Shown: positions 51,613 through 60,791, numbered from the stretch's first letter. The stretch: 64,000 bases of DNA from an uncultured bacterium (GCA_964499705.1 CAZCME010000013.1:45217-109216); one strand, 5' to 3'. The notes: generated by a model not told the origin, from the letters alone. Program-made: numbers and translations.

Positions 51613-53151
51613 TTGAAAGTACTGCATCGCTCTCTTCCGGCACTTCTTCTTCTCGCGGCGTCATGCACTCCCACGCAACTCGCGATCTACTCCCGGCCGG
51701 GCGGAGCGGAGGTTTACATCGACGACAGGCTGTATGCGCGGACGGTGAACGAAGCGACGCCCGTGACGCTGGAAGTGCGGAGCGGAAAATATGGAGTGAG
51801 CATTCTGAAGGACGGGTATCACCCCTGGGCGCGGACCGTGGACGCCAAGCCCTACTCCGTCACTCCCGTCCTGGCCGACCTGGTCCCGATCGAACCCATC
51901 CGGACCTATGTGCCGATCGGGGCCGTCGAGATCCGCATTCATCCGGCGGGAGCGCGCGCCTGGCTAGACGGACAACTCCTGTCACAGCTACCGGAGAACG
52001 CGGGAGAACCCTTCATCATCGAGGGGTTGACGCCGGAGGCGCACGTCCTCCGGGTCGAACGGCAGGGATACGAGTCGGAGGAAACCCGGTTTGAAATCTT
52101 CTCGCAGCTCGTTTCGAACGTCACCCTGAGGCTGGAGCCTTTGAAGCCGTACTATGTCTACCCTTCGAACGACGATCTCCTGAGGAACGCGGCGGTACGC
52201 GCGCTTCGGGGAATCGCTCATCTGCCCGGGATGCGTTCCACGAAGACGATCGGCCTTGTGAGCCTTGACGGGGAAGCGGACGAACTGGACGGGCTCCGGC
52301 CGCTCGTGGAGGACGTGATGATCGCGGAGCTCGCCCGCAACGGCCGGGGCGTGGTCGAAAGGGAGAATCATCTCCTCGTGCGCCTCGCGCAGGAATCGGC
52401 GCGTTCCGATTCCTTCTCGCTCGAAGTGCTCACGAAGCACGGCGGGCCCGACCGGCCGTTCCTGTATGACGCGCGCCTCAAGTCAGCCGCGGACGCGATC
52501 GCGATGCTGGCGACGGACACGGCGGGGCGGGCGCGGCAGATCATCGTCCGCAATCGCGTCGAAGAACCGCTCGCGCATCTGAAGACCGCGGACCAGATCA
52601 TCGGCTATCGCATCGTGGAACGTTCGCTGCGATCCGATCCGATCGACGATCCCGGCTCGCCCGAGCCGATGATCCGGCGCGAAGCGATCATCCGCCTCTT
52701 CATCCGCTTCCTCGACGCGAAAACCGGAATTGTGCAATGGGCGGAACGTTTCGAGGCGTCAGTCGCGGACCGTGTGCCGCAGCGTGTGTACCGCTGGCTC
52801 GAGCATCCGCCCTCGCGCACGTACGCCTACGAGATGAAGCAGAAGCCCGGAAGGGACGCGCGCGAATCCCGGGATACCGCGGCGGCATCGCCCCCGATCG
52901 AATATTTCACCGAGGACGACCTGGGCGGCATCGGCGACCAGGATATCCTCTTCTGGTACTGGCGGAACATGGGCGAAGCCTATCTCCGTGCCGGCCGCTT
53001 CGGCGACGCCGCGCGCCACCTGCGGGAGGCCGTGGCGATCCGGCCGCTGGACTACGAATCAAGGATGCTCTACGCCGAATCGCTCCTGAAGAACGGTCAA
53101 TTGAACGAGGCGGGCCGTGAATACATCCAGGCCATGCGACGCATGGAATGA
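51613..53151 (+). CDS. PEGA-domain lipoprotein, paralog 2, with C-terminal TPR-like tail
   Basis: Track ORF 51571..53151 overlaps paralog 1; in-frame TTG at 51613 gives lipoprotein N-terminus LKVLHRSLPALLLLAASCTPTQLA. Shares CTPT(R/Q)LA, PEGA modules and HGGPDRPFLYDA with paralog 1. Confidence 0.6.
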   Translation: MKVLHRSLPALLLLAASCTPTQLAIYSRPGGAEVYIDDRLYARTVNEATPVTLEVRSGKYGVSILKDGYHPWARTVDAKPYSVTPVLADLVPIEPIRTYVPIGAVEIRIHPAGARAWLDGQLLSQLPENAGEPFIIEGLTPEAHVLRVERQGYESEETRFEIFSQLVSNVTLRLEPLKPYYVYPSNDDLLRNAAVRALRGIAHLPGMRSTKTIGLVSLDGEADELDGLRPLVEDVMIAELARNGRGVVERENHLLVRLAQESARSDSFSLEVLTKHGGPDRPFLYDARLKSAADAIAMLATDTAGRARQIIVRNRVEEPLAHLKTADQIIGYRIVERSLRSDPIDDPGSPEPMIRREAIIRLFIRFLDAKTGIVQWAERFEASVADRVPQRVYRWLEHPPSRTYAYEMKQKPGRDARESRDTAAASPPIEYFTEDDLGGIGDQDILFWYWRNMGEAYLRAGRFGDAARHLREAVAIRPLDYESRMLYAESLLKNGQLNEAGREYIQAMRRME

Positions 53152-53162
53152 AATCCACGCAA

Positions 53163-53194
53163 CCAAATCCCAAATCCCAAATCCCGAATCCCAA
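53163..53194. repeat. Tandem heptanucleotide repeat (CCAAATC, ~4.5 copies, one variant)
   Basis: CCAAATC CCAAATC CCAAATC CCGAATC CCAA in the intergenic region; an inverted complement TTGGGATTTGGATT occurs at 53267..53280 abutting the HD-GYP gene start. Confidence 0.7.
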
Positions 53195-53257
53195 CTTCTC
53201 CATACGGAAGCGGAAACGGGCCGGGCAATCTTCCTGCCTTGATGGTCGGAAACGGAA

Positions 53258-54427
53258 ATGTGTATTTTGGGATTTGGATTAATGTACACAGTCGAAGTGC
53301 GCGACGCGAAGGCGGGCATGACGCTCTCGCGGCCGGTCTTCACCCGGAACGGAAACCTGCTCCTCGATGCCGGCACCCGCCTCTCCGATCATACCCTCGA
53401 CCTGCTCGATCTCTGGGGCATCTTCGACATCCAGGTCGATTCGATCGACTCGCCTTCCGGTCACGCGCCCGCTCCCCGGCAGAAGAAAAAGTTCGATCCT
53501 GTGAAGCGCGAGGCCGAGAAGAAGCGAGTGGAGGATGTGGGCGGCTGGGTGCGCGATGAGATCGAGGGTCTCATGAAGCAGATGAATTCCGGGGGAAGGG
53601 ACATCGACATGGAGCGGCTCAAGGGAGTCGCGGAGTCGATCGTGGAGGAATCCATGAAGGACAACGAGCTGATGGTCTCCCTGACGACGCTCATGGACTT
53701 CGACAGCTATCTCTTCTCGCACGCCGTCCACGTCTCGATTCTCTCCGTCGTGATCGGCATCGCGATGGGCCTCACGCAGAAGGAAATCCAATCGCTGGCC
53801 ATCGGAGGAGCGCTCATCGATCTCGGAATGCTTAAGGTGGACCGGAAAATATGGGATAAGGACGGCGTCCTGTCGGAAGCCGAGTTCAACTTCGTGAAAC
53901 AGCATCCGCTCCTGGGATTGAAGGACGCCGAGCCGCACTGCCGGGGCGATGTGGCTTCTCTCCGGATCATCGCGGAGCATCACGAGCGGCTGGACGGATC
54001 GGGCTATCCCCGGAAGCTGCGGGACAAGGCGATTCATCCTCTGGCGAAGATCGTCGCCGTCTGCGACATCTATGACGCGATGCAGCAGCCCCGCGCCTAC
54101 AGGAAGAAGTGGCTCCCCTACCAGGTCATGGGCCATCTGCTCGTCTCGTCCACGGAGACCCTGGACGCGCAGGTTGTGAAGACTTTTCTCCGCACGATGT
54201 CCGCGTATCCCATCGGATCGTTCGTGAAGATGGATACCGGCCAGGTCGGCGTCGTCGTCTCCTCCAATCCCGCCAGCCCGATCCGACCTGTCGTGAAGCT
54301 CTTCCTGCTGGCTTCGGGAGAGACCATGGAGAAGCCGGAATTCGCGGATCTTTCCGCCGATAAGAGATTCATCATCGGACCGATCGATCCCCGCCAGATC
54401 CACGTCAAACCCTTCGATGTTTTCTAA
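53258..54427 (+). CDS. HD-GYP domain phosphodiesterase (c-di-GMP-type)
   Basis: HD motif (HAVHVS) and EHHERLDGSGYPRKL GYP signature. Alternative start at Met 53282 (MYTVEVRD...) would place the inverted heptamer segment in the 5' leader. Confidence 0.8.
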   Translation: MCILGFGLMYTVEVRDAKAGMTLSRPVFTRNGNLLLDAGTRLSDHTLDLLDLWGIFDIQVDSIDSPSGHAPAPRQKKKFDPVKREAEKKRVEDVGGWVRDEIEGLMKQMNSGGRDIDMERLKGVAESIVEESMKDNELMVSLTTLMDFDSYLFSHAVHVSILSVVIGIAMGLTQKEIQSLAIGGALIDLGMLKVDRKIWDKDGVLSEAEFNFVKQHPLLGLKDAEPHCRGDVASLRIIAEHHERLDGSGYPRKLRDKAIHPLAKIVAVCDIYDAMQQPRAYRKKWLPYQVMGHLLVSSTETLDAQVVKTFLRTMSAYPIGSFVKMDTGQVGVVVSSNPASPIRPVVKLFLLASGETMEKPEFADLSADKRFIIGPIDPRQIHVKPFDVF

Positions 54428-54439
54428 AGCGACGACGGG

Positions 54440-55966
54440 ATGAATTCTCATTCCGGGATCGCGCGGTGCCGGACCGCGGTCCTGTCCGGGATAGACGCTC
54501 TTCCGGTGGATGTGGAAGTGGATATCGGGCGCGGATTGCCGGGCCTCAAGTGCGTCGGGTTGCCGGGCGCCAGCGTGAAGGAATCGGAGGAGCGGGTCAA
54601 ATCGGCGATCCGGAAATCGGGCTTCGACTGGACGAGGAAGCGGATCACGGTCAATCTCGCGCCCGCCGACCTGCGAAAGGAAGGCTCCGGTCTCGACCTC
54701 CCCATCGCCCTCGGAATTCTCGCCGCTTCCGGAGCGCTGCCTCACGAAGCGCTGGAAGGATGGATGGTCCTCGGGGAATTATCGCTGGACGGCCAGCTCC
54801 GCCCGGTCCGCGGCGCCTTGAATTTCGCGATGCTGGCCCGCCGCTCGGGCGTCAGGCGATTGCTGGTTCCGCAGGAAAATGTCGCGGAAGCCTCGCTCTG
54901 CCATGACGTGGATGTCCACTCCGCGCGGAATCTTGCTGAAGCGGCTGCGCTGTTGCCGGCCCCCGGTGCTGTTCCACCTCGTGCGCCCGCGTCGGCGATT
55001 CCGGAAAGCGACCTGGACTTCGCGGATGTCCGCGGACTTTCGACACCGCGCCGGGCCGCGCTTGTCGCCGCGGCGGGCGGCCACAATATTCTCATGATCG
55101 GGCCGCCCGGTTCCGGGAAGACGATGATCGCGCGACGCTTTCCGACGATCCTGCCGGCGCTGGAATTCGACGACGCCCTGGAGATGCTCCGGATCCATTC
55201 CGCGGTCGGCCTGACCCTGAACGGCACGCTCCCGTCGATTCCTCCATTCCGCGCCCCCCACCATACGACCTCCGCGGTCGGCATGATCGGCGGCGGCCAT
55301 CCGATGCGGCCCGGCGAAGTGTCGCTGGCGCACCGTGGCATTCTCTTCCTGGACGAGCTGCCGGAATTCCGCCGCGATCTCCTGGAGTCGCTGCGTCAGC
55401 CGATCGAGGACGGGCACGTCACGGTGACGCGTGCGTCGGGATCGGCGAATTTCCCCGCGAAGTTCATGCTCGTCGCCGCCATGAATCCCTGCCCCTGCGG
55501 CCAGCTCGGCTCGGACATCCCGTGCGAATGCGCGCCGTCGCAAGTCGGCAAGTACATGCGCCGCATCTCCGGTCCGCTCCTGGACCGCATCGATATCCAC
55601 CTGGAGGTTCCGCGCCGGCCGTACCGCGAGACATCCGCGAACGCGCCCGGCGAAACATCCGCTTCGCTGCGGCAGCGGGTGACCGAGGCGAGAACGCGCC
55701 AGAATCTGAGATATGCGAAGGCTCGATATCGCACCAACGCGCAGGTTTCCGCGAAGGCGTTTCGGCAGTCCTTCGAAGCGGAGGAGGCCGCGCACGAACT
55801 GCTGCGGGAATCGGTCGACGGGCTCGGATTGTCCGCGCGCGCCGCGGAGAAGGTGGAGCGCCTGGCGCGGACCGTCGCGGACCTGGCGGGGCGGGACCTG
55901 GTCACGGAAGACGATGTCGCCGAAGCGGTCGGCTACAGGACGCTCGACAGGCGTTGCCGCGCATGA
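54440..55966 (+). CDS. comM: YifB/ComM-family Mg-chelatase-like AAA+ ATPase
   Basis: N-terminal Lon-protease-like domain, Walker A MIGPPGSGKTMIA, Walker B ILFLDELPEF, and Cys cluster NPCPCGQLGSDIPCEC typical of the family. Confidence 0.85.
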   Translation: MNSHSGIARCRTAVLSGIDALPVDVEVDIGRGLPGLKCVGLPGASVKESEERVKSAIRKSGFDWTRKRITVNLAPADLRKEGSGLDLPIALGILAASGALPHEALEGWMVLGELSLDGQLRPVRGALNFAMLARRSGVRRLLVPQENVAEASLCHDVDVHSARNLAEAAALLPAPGAVPPRAPASAIPESDLDFADVRGLSTPRRAALVAAAGGHNILMIGPPGSGKTMIARRFPTILPALEFDDALEMLRIHSAVGLTLNGTLPSIPPFRAPHHTTSAVGMIGGGHPMRPGEVSLAHRGILFLDELPEFRRDLLESLRQPIEDGHVTVTRASGSANFPAKFMLVAAMNPCPCGQLGSDIPCECAPSQVGKYMRRISGPLLDRIDIHLEVPRRPYRETSANAPGETSASLRQRVTEARTRQNLRYAKARYRTNAQVSAKAFRQSFEAEEAAHELLRESVDGLGLSARAAEKVERLARTVADLAGRDLVTEDDVAEAVGYRTLDRRCRA

Positions 55967-57933
55967 AGAAGGAGGATATTCGAAACCAGCTGCGAGGATT
56001 GCAGGCTCTGCAGGGGCTCGCGCCGTCGTTCCTCGACGAGATCGCGGAACTGGGGGTGGAAAGAACATACGCGCGCGATTCGATCGTCATATCCGAAGGG
56101 CAGGTCGTGGAACATTTCTTCGTGATACTCGGAGGACGGCTGCTGGCTCACTATGGCGACAAGGTTGTTTCGCACATGGAGCGAGGCGACACGTTCGGCC
56201 AGCTGAGCCTGATGGCGGAAGTGCCGTCGCTCGTCACCGTGAAGGTGCGGCACGACGCGCGGCTCCTGCACGTTCCGCGCAATCTCTTCCGGAAAGCGCT
56301 GGCATCGAGCCCGGAGTTCGCGGCGCAGATCTTCAAGGGTTCCGCCGCGCGCCTCGCGACGATCAACCAGGAGACGAGGACGCGCCAGCCCGTCATCGTC
56401 GCCGTGCATTCGGCGCCCGCGGGAGTCGGCAAGACGAAGTTCGCCATCAACCTGGCGTGCGCCATGGCCGCGGAAAATGCCGGCCGCGTGCTTCTTGTCG
56501 ATGTCGCCACGGAGAAAAAGCGCTTCATCGACATCTTCGGTTTCGGAGGATCTCTGCCTCTTGTCGATCTGCGGGACATCGAGACATCGAGCCGGGACGC
56601 GGTGCGGGAAAAAACGCGAAAGCACGATGCCGGGTTCGAGATACTCCGCCTGGCCCATCGCGGGAGCTCCGCGAGCGCGGACCAGACGCGCGAGGACGAG
56701 GCGGTCGCGCCGCTGCTTTCATCGCTGTCCCGGACATTCCATTACATCGTGACCGATCTGCCTCCGGTCATGGACGCGACCGTCTGGAAATTCCTGACGC
56801 ACGCCGATACCGCGATCATCCTGACGTCGGCCGAGCCGGTCCATCTCGCGCAAACAGCCAATCTCCTCGGAAAGCTGCCCGGCAAGGCCAGGGTCCTTGT
56901 GACGCGGGCCACGACCGAGCTCGAAGCCAAACGAGAAACGATCGACACCGCGCTCGGACAGCGCGTGGACGAATTCCTCGAGGAGCTCCCGGAAGGCGAT
57001 GAAATCGCTTTCATCTCCCGCCCGGGATCCCGCTACGCCTCGGCGGTACGCCGCCTCGCTCGCGGCATCCTCGGCCGGCTCGTGGGCCTGGCGCTCTCCG
57101 GAGGCGCCGCGAGAGGGATGGCTCACATCGGCGTCCTGAAGGTGCTGGAAGAGGAAGGCATCCGGCCCGATATCATCGCCGGAACTTCGATGGGGGCCCT
57201 GATCGGCGGGATGTGGGCGTCCGGGAGCAACGCGGCCGTATTGGAAAGGATCGCGCGGAGGATCCGACGGAGCGAGTTCTTCAGCATCTTCGACCTGGCC
57301 CTGCCGCCTTCGTCAGGGCTCCTTCGCGGCACCAAGGTCGATCACTTCATCCGCGGCGTCTTCGGCCAGAAGCGCTTCTGCGACCTTCTGATTCCGCTCC
57401 GGGTCATCGCCACCGACATCGACACGGGAGATCACGTCGTCTTCGATCACGGTTCCGTGGCCGACGCCGTCCGGTCTTCCGTGGCCATCCCCGGAATCCT
57501 GAAGCCGAACATCGTCGACGGCAGGCGCCTGACGGACGGCGCCGTCATCGCTCCCGTTCCCGTCGATACGCTGCGGGAGGCGGGCGTGTCCCGGATCATC
57601 GCCGTCAACGCGATTCCCACCGCCGAATGCTTCCGCGATTACAGCCGTTCGGCGATCCAGCCCGCGGCGGGACGGAGCGATTTTCTCGCGCGCCTCTTCC
57701 ATTTCAGCACCCGCGACGTGCCAAGCCTTCTCGATATCATCGTCCGCTCGAACCAGTTCATGGAGGCGGCGATCGCGGAACATTCCTGCCAGGGCGCCTC
57801 GGTCATCATCCGCCCGTGGCTCCCGGAACTGCACTGGATGGATTTCGACTCCGCGCCGCGCTTCATCGAGTCCGGCGTCAAGGCCGCCAGGGAGGCGATG
57901 CCGGAGATCAGGGAGATGATGAATGGGGGATAA
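55963..57933 (+). CDS. Three-domain fusion: cNMP-binding domain / ParA-MinD-like P-loop domain / patatin-like phospholipase
   Basis: ATG 55963 overlaps the comM stop (ATGA); the upstream part of track ORF 55522..57933 is out of frame. cNMP-binding (ISEGQVVEHFFVILGGRL...GDTFGQLSLM); P-loop AVHSAPAGVGKTKFAINLA with Walker B IVTDLPP; patatin motifs SGGAARG, GTSMG, TDGAV. Confidence 0.75.
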   Translation: MKKEDIRNQLRGLQALQGLAPSFLDEIAELGVERTYARDSIVISEGQVVEHFFVILGGRLLAHYGDKVVSHMERGDTFGQLSLMAEVPSLVTVKVRHDARLLHVPRNLFRKALASSPEFAAQIFKGSAARLATINQETRTRQPVIVAVHSAPAGVGKTKFAINLACAMAAENAGRVLLVDVATEKKRFIDIFGFGGSLPLVDLRDIETSSRDAVREKTRKHDAGFEILRLAHRGSSASADQTREDEAVAPLLSSLSRTFHYIVTDLPPVMDATVWKFLTHADTAIILTSAEPVHLAQTANLLGKLPGKARVLVTRATTELEAKRETIDTALGQRVDEFLEELPEGDEIAFISRPGSRYASAVRRLARGILGRLVGLALSGGAARGMAHIGVLKVLEEEGIRPDIIAGTSMGALIGGMWASGSNAAVLERIARRIRRSEFFSIFDLALPPSSGLLRGTKVDHFIRGVFGQKRFCDLLIPLRVIATDIDTGDHVVFDHGSVADAVRSSVAIPGILKPNIVDGRRLTDGAVIAPVPVDTLREAGVSRIIAVNAIPTAECFRDYSRSAIQPAAGRSDFLARLFHFSTRDVPSLLDIIVRSNQFMEAAIAEHSCQGASVIIRPWLPELHWMDFDSAPRFIESGVKAAREAMPEIREMMNGG

Positions 57934-58018
57934 ATACGAAGACACGAAGTTTGATATTCAACACAATTCTTTTGCTTTTCTCTTCGCGTCCTGGTGTCTT
58001 CGTGGTTAAATCCCACTC

Positions 58019-59506
58019 ATGATCTCCAACTGGAGCCGATTCACGGCGTGGCCGGCGCGCGAAATGAAGCGCCTCCAGGACCGGCTCCTCGTGGATTTCC
58101 TTCGCGAAGACCTCGTCCCGTTTTCCTCCTACTACGCGAAGCTTTTCGACGAGCAGGATATCGACGTGGATGAGATCAACGCGGTGTCCGACCTCGCGGG
58201 TCTTCCCTTCACGACGAAGTCGGATCTCATCGCGGCATTGGACGAAGATCCGCTCGCCTTCGTCCTCCGGCCGACCGCGGACCTGATCCGGGCTCACTGG
58301 CCCCTTGCGAGAAAGTTACCGCTCCTGGCGCGGAAGCTCTTCAAGGGCGAAGCCGATGTGAAGCGCGTCCTGGAGAAGGAATACCTGCCGATCTTCATGA
58401 CGGCAACGACGGGACGCGCGGCGAAACCCGTGTCGTTTCTTTACACGCGAGCGGACATGTATCGACTTCGCACGGCGGGGCGTCGCACCGCTGATGTCAT
58501 TGGCCTGACATCCGCGGATCGCTGCATCAACCTCTTCCCTTATGCTCCGCATCTCGCCTTCTGGCAGGTCGCCTTCGCGGGTTTCGAATCGGGCATCTTC
58601 ATGCTCTCCACGGGCGGCGGGAAGACCATCGGCACGGCGGGAAATATCCGCGCGATGGAAAAAGTGAAGCCCACGTGCCTCCTCGGCGTCCCGAGCTACG
58701 TGTATCACATCCTCCGATGCGCGGAGAAGGAAGGATTGAAGCTGTCGTCGATCAACACGATCGTGCTGGGCGCCGAAAAGGTGCCGCCCGGCCTGAAGGA
58801 ACGTCTCTCCGACCTGGTCGTTCGCCTGGGAGGAAAGCCGCCGCGCGTCGTGGGGACATATGGATTCACCGAAGCCAAGATGGCGTGGTCGGAATGCGAT
58901 GGCGGCACCCAGGGCAGGGAAAGTTCCGGTTACCATCTCTATCCCGACATGGAAATCATCGAGATCGTCGAACCGGAAACAGGCCGCGTCGTCGGCGAAG
59001 GCGAAAGCGGCGAGATCGTCTACACGTCGCTCGATGGGCGCGGCACGGCCGTGCTGCGGTATCGAACGGGAGACTACTGCGAGGGCGGAATCACGTATGG
59101 CCCGTGTCCTCATTGCGGCAAGACCCTTCCCCGTCTCTCCTCGAACATCACGCGTCTTTCGAACGTGAAGGATGTCAGCCTCACCAAGGTCAAGGGCACG
59201 CTCGTCGATCTGAATCACATCGCCTCGCTCCTGTCGGACGCAAGCGAGATCGAGGAGTGGCAGCTTGAGATATCGAAACTGAATGACGATCCGTCCGAGG
59301 TGGACGTCATGACGCTCTCCTTCACGCCCGTCGCGGGAGCGCGGATCGAGCCGAAGGAAATCTCCCGCAGGATCTTTGACGCCACGGAAGTGGCCTTGAA
59401 CAAGGTCGAAGTCCTGGCGCTTCCGGAGATGGTCGCGAAGCTGGGGCTCGAAACCGAATTGAAGGAGAAACGAATCATCGACCGCAGAGCGGAAGCGAAG
59501 AAGTAG
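58019..59506 (+). CDS. Phenylacetate-CoA ligase-like adenylate-forming enzyme (PaaK / F390 synthetase family)
   Basis: 495-aa ORF; N-terminal LAGLPFTTKSDL motif, TTGRAAKPV (AMP-binding P-loop-like), and C-terminal domain typical of PaaK-like ligases. Confidence 0.7.
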   Translation: MISNWSRFTAWPAREMKRLQDRLLVDFLREDLVPFSSYYAKLFDEQDIDVDEINAVSDLAGLPFTTKSDLIAALDEDPLAFVLRPTADLIRAHWPLARKLPLLARKLFKGEADVKRVLEKEYLPIFMTATTGRAAKPVSFLYTRADMYRLRTAGRRTADVIGLTSADRCINLFPYAPHLAFWQVAFAGFESGIFMLSTGGGKTIGTAGNIRAMEKVKPTCLLGVPSYVYHILRCAEKEGLKLSSINTIVLGAEKVPPGLKERLSDLVVRLGGKPPRVVGTYGFTEAKMAWSECDGGTQGRESSGYHLYPDMEIIEIVEPETGRVVGEGESGEIVYTSLDGRGTAVLRYRTGDYCEGGITYGPCPHCGKTLPRLSSNITRLSNVKDVSLTKVKGTLVDLNHIASLLSDASEIEEWQLEISKLNDDPSEVDVMTLSFTPVAGARIEPKEISRRIFDATEVALNKVEVLALPEMVAKLGLETELKEKRIIDRRAEAKK

Positions 59507-59523
59507 GAACTACGCGGCTTCCT

Positions 59524-60057
59524 TCAAATTCCGCCCTCTTCGACCCGATCGAGCTTCTGAACGGTTCCATCCGGAGCCGAAATCTCGAAAGGAAACCAGA
59601 GATCGCGCGAGTCGTCGTCCATGCGACACGAGAGCTCCTCGATTCCGCCCCCGACATCCGTGACGCGAATTTTCACATCGGCATCGAGATCCTTCGACGG
59701 ACCGGGAGCCCAGTATCGGACGGCGACGCGCCAGGAACCTGTTTCGCGGGCCGGAACGAAGCGGAGTTCCTCGTCGCCGGAGAGTCCGGAGACACGCTCG
59801 GTCGCGGCGGTTTTTTTCGCGAGCACGCGCACGTTGGAATCGCCGGATGATGCGGCCATCTGCCAGAGCTCGACATCGAGGTCGGCATCATTATCCCAGG
59901 AGAGCCGGATCAGTACTCCCTGCTGTTGCGGCTCGCCACAACCCAGGATGGTCGCCGCGACAAAAAGCGCGGTAGCCAGAACCTTGACGAAGCCGGCGTG
60001 CCCGCGTACGATTTCAGAGGAAATGAATTTGTCCGGCCGCATCATCCCGGCCATCAT
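59524..60057 (-). CDS. Hypothetical lipoprotein
   Basis: 177-aa ORF; lipobox-like LFVAATILGCGEP; rest hydrophilic, no motif. Confidence 0.5.
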   Translation of the reverse strand: MMAGMMRPDKFISSEIVRGHAGFVKVLATALFVAATILGCGEPQQQGVLIRLSWDNDADLDVELWQMAASSGDSNVRVLAKKTAATERVSGLSGDEELRFVPARETGSWRVAVRYWAPGPSKDLDADVKIRVTDVGGGIEELSCRMDDDSRDLWFPFEISAPDGTVQKLDRVEEGGI

Positions 60058-60092
60058 ATTCCAAAACCGGTTATCTGATATTCGAATTCACC

Positions 60093-60165
60093 GGGCGCGT
60101 AACTCAGCGGCTAGAGTGCCACCTTCACACGGTGGAAGTCGCAGGTTCAATCCCTGCCGCGCCCA
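60093..60165 (+). tRNA. tRNA-Val (anticodon CAC)
   Basis: 73-nt cloverleaf folded by hand: acceptor GGGCGCG/CGCGCCC, D-stem ACTC/GAGT, anticodon stem CCACC/GGTGG with loop TTCACAC (anticodon CAC), T-stem GCAGG/CCTGC with loop TTCAATC, discriminator A; CCA not encoded. Confidence 0.85.
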
Positions 60166-60266
60166 GGATCAGCGGCTGCCATCCATCAGCGGGAGGAAAT
60201 TCGTGTGAATCGGAAGCGCGAAGATTTTTCAGAATATCGGCCCATCGCTCGCGACTTCATGGTGCC

Positions 60267-60791
60267 ATGACGACCACCCCCATCAACAATCTCGCTGCCG
60301 TCCCCTTCCTGGCGCTCCTGGACGACAACGAATGCCGGGCTCTGGGAGCGCGCCTGCAATCCAAATCCTATCAAGCCGGCGAGGAAATATTCGCGCAGGG
60401 GCAGCCGGGGGATTCGTTCTACATCGTGAAAAGCGGTCGCGTGAAGATCTTCATCGAGAGCGGGGACGGAGAAGAGATCGTCTTGACGGAGAGCAAGGCG
60501 GGCGACGCGTTCGGCGAAATCTCGCTCTTCGACGGAGGTCCGCGCACCGCCACCGCCGTCGCCGCATCGCAGGCCGAATTGCTCTGGCTCGATCGAGGAC
60601 GCCTCCTCGATTTTCTCTCCGACTTCCCGCATGCCGCGCTCGACCTCATGGCGTTCATGGGTCGCAGGCTTCGCGAGACGGACGAATTGCTCCGCGTCAT
60701 CATCGCCCGCAAGCCCGAGAGCAAGGCGGCCGAAGAAAACTCCACCTTCGATCAGATCTCCAGGAGCATCAGGAAGTTCCTGTCGGCCTGA
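60267..60791 (+). CDS. Stand-alone cyclic-nucleotide-binding domain protein (Crp-like effector domain, no obvious HTH)
   Basis: ORF 60132..60791 trimmed to Met 60267 (MTTTPINNLAAVPFLALL...); motifs GDSFYIVKSGRVKIF and AGDAFGEISLFDGGPRTATAVA; C-terminus too short for a Crp-type DNA-binding domain. Confidence 0.7.
   Translation: MTTTPINNLAAVPFLALLDDNECRALGARLQSKSYQAGEEIFAQGQPGDSFYIVKSGRVKIFIESGDGEEIVLTESKAGDAFGEISLFDGGPRTATAVAASQAELLWLDRGRLLDFLSDFPHAALDLMAFMGRRLRETDELLRVIIARKPESKAAEENSTFDQISRSIRKFLSA

Noticed and set aside
47254-51674. ORFs 47254..48522 (-), 47907..48524 (+), 48051..48701 (-), 48595..49311 (-), 50145..51674 (-)
   Set aside because: Shadow frames over pheT and the first PEGA lipoprotein gene.
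53279-57126. ORFs 53279..54745 (-), 54779..56068 (-), 55522..55962 part of (+) ORF, 55713..57002 (+), 55933..56658 (-)
   Set aside because: Antisense or out-of-frame relative to HD-GYP, comM and the patatin fusion, all of which carry clear catalytic motifs.
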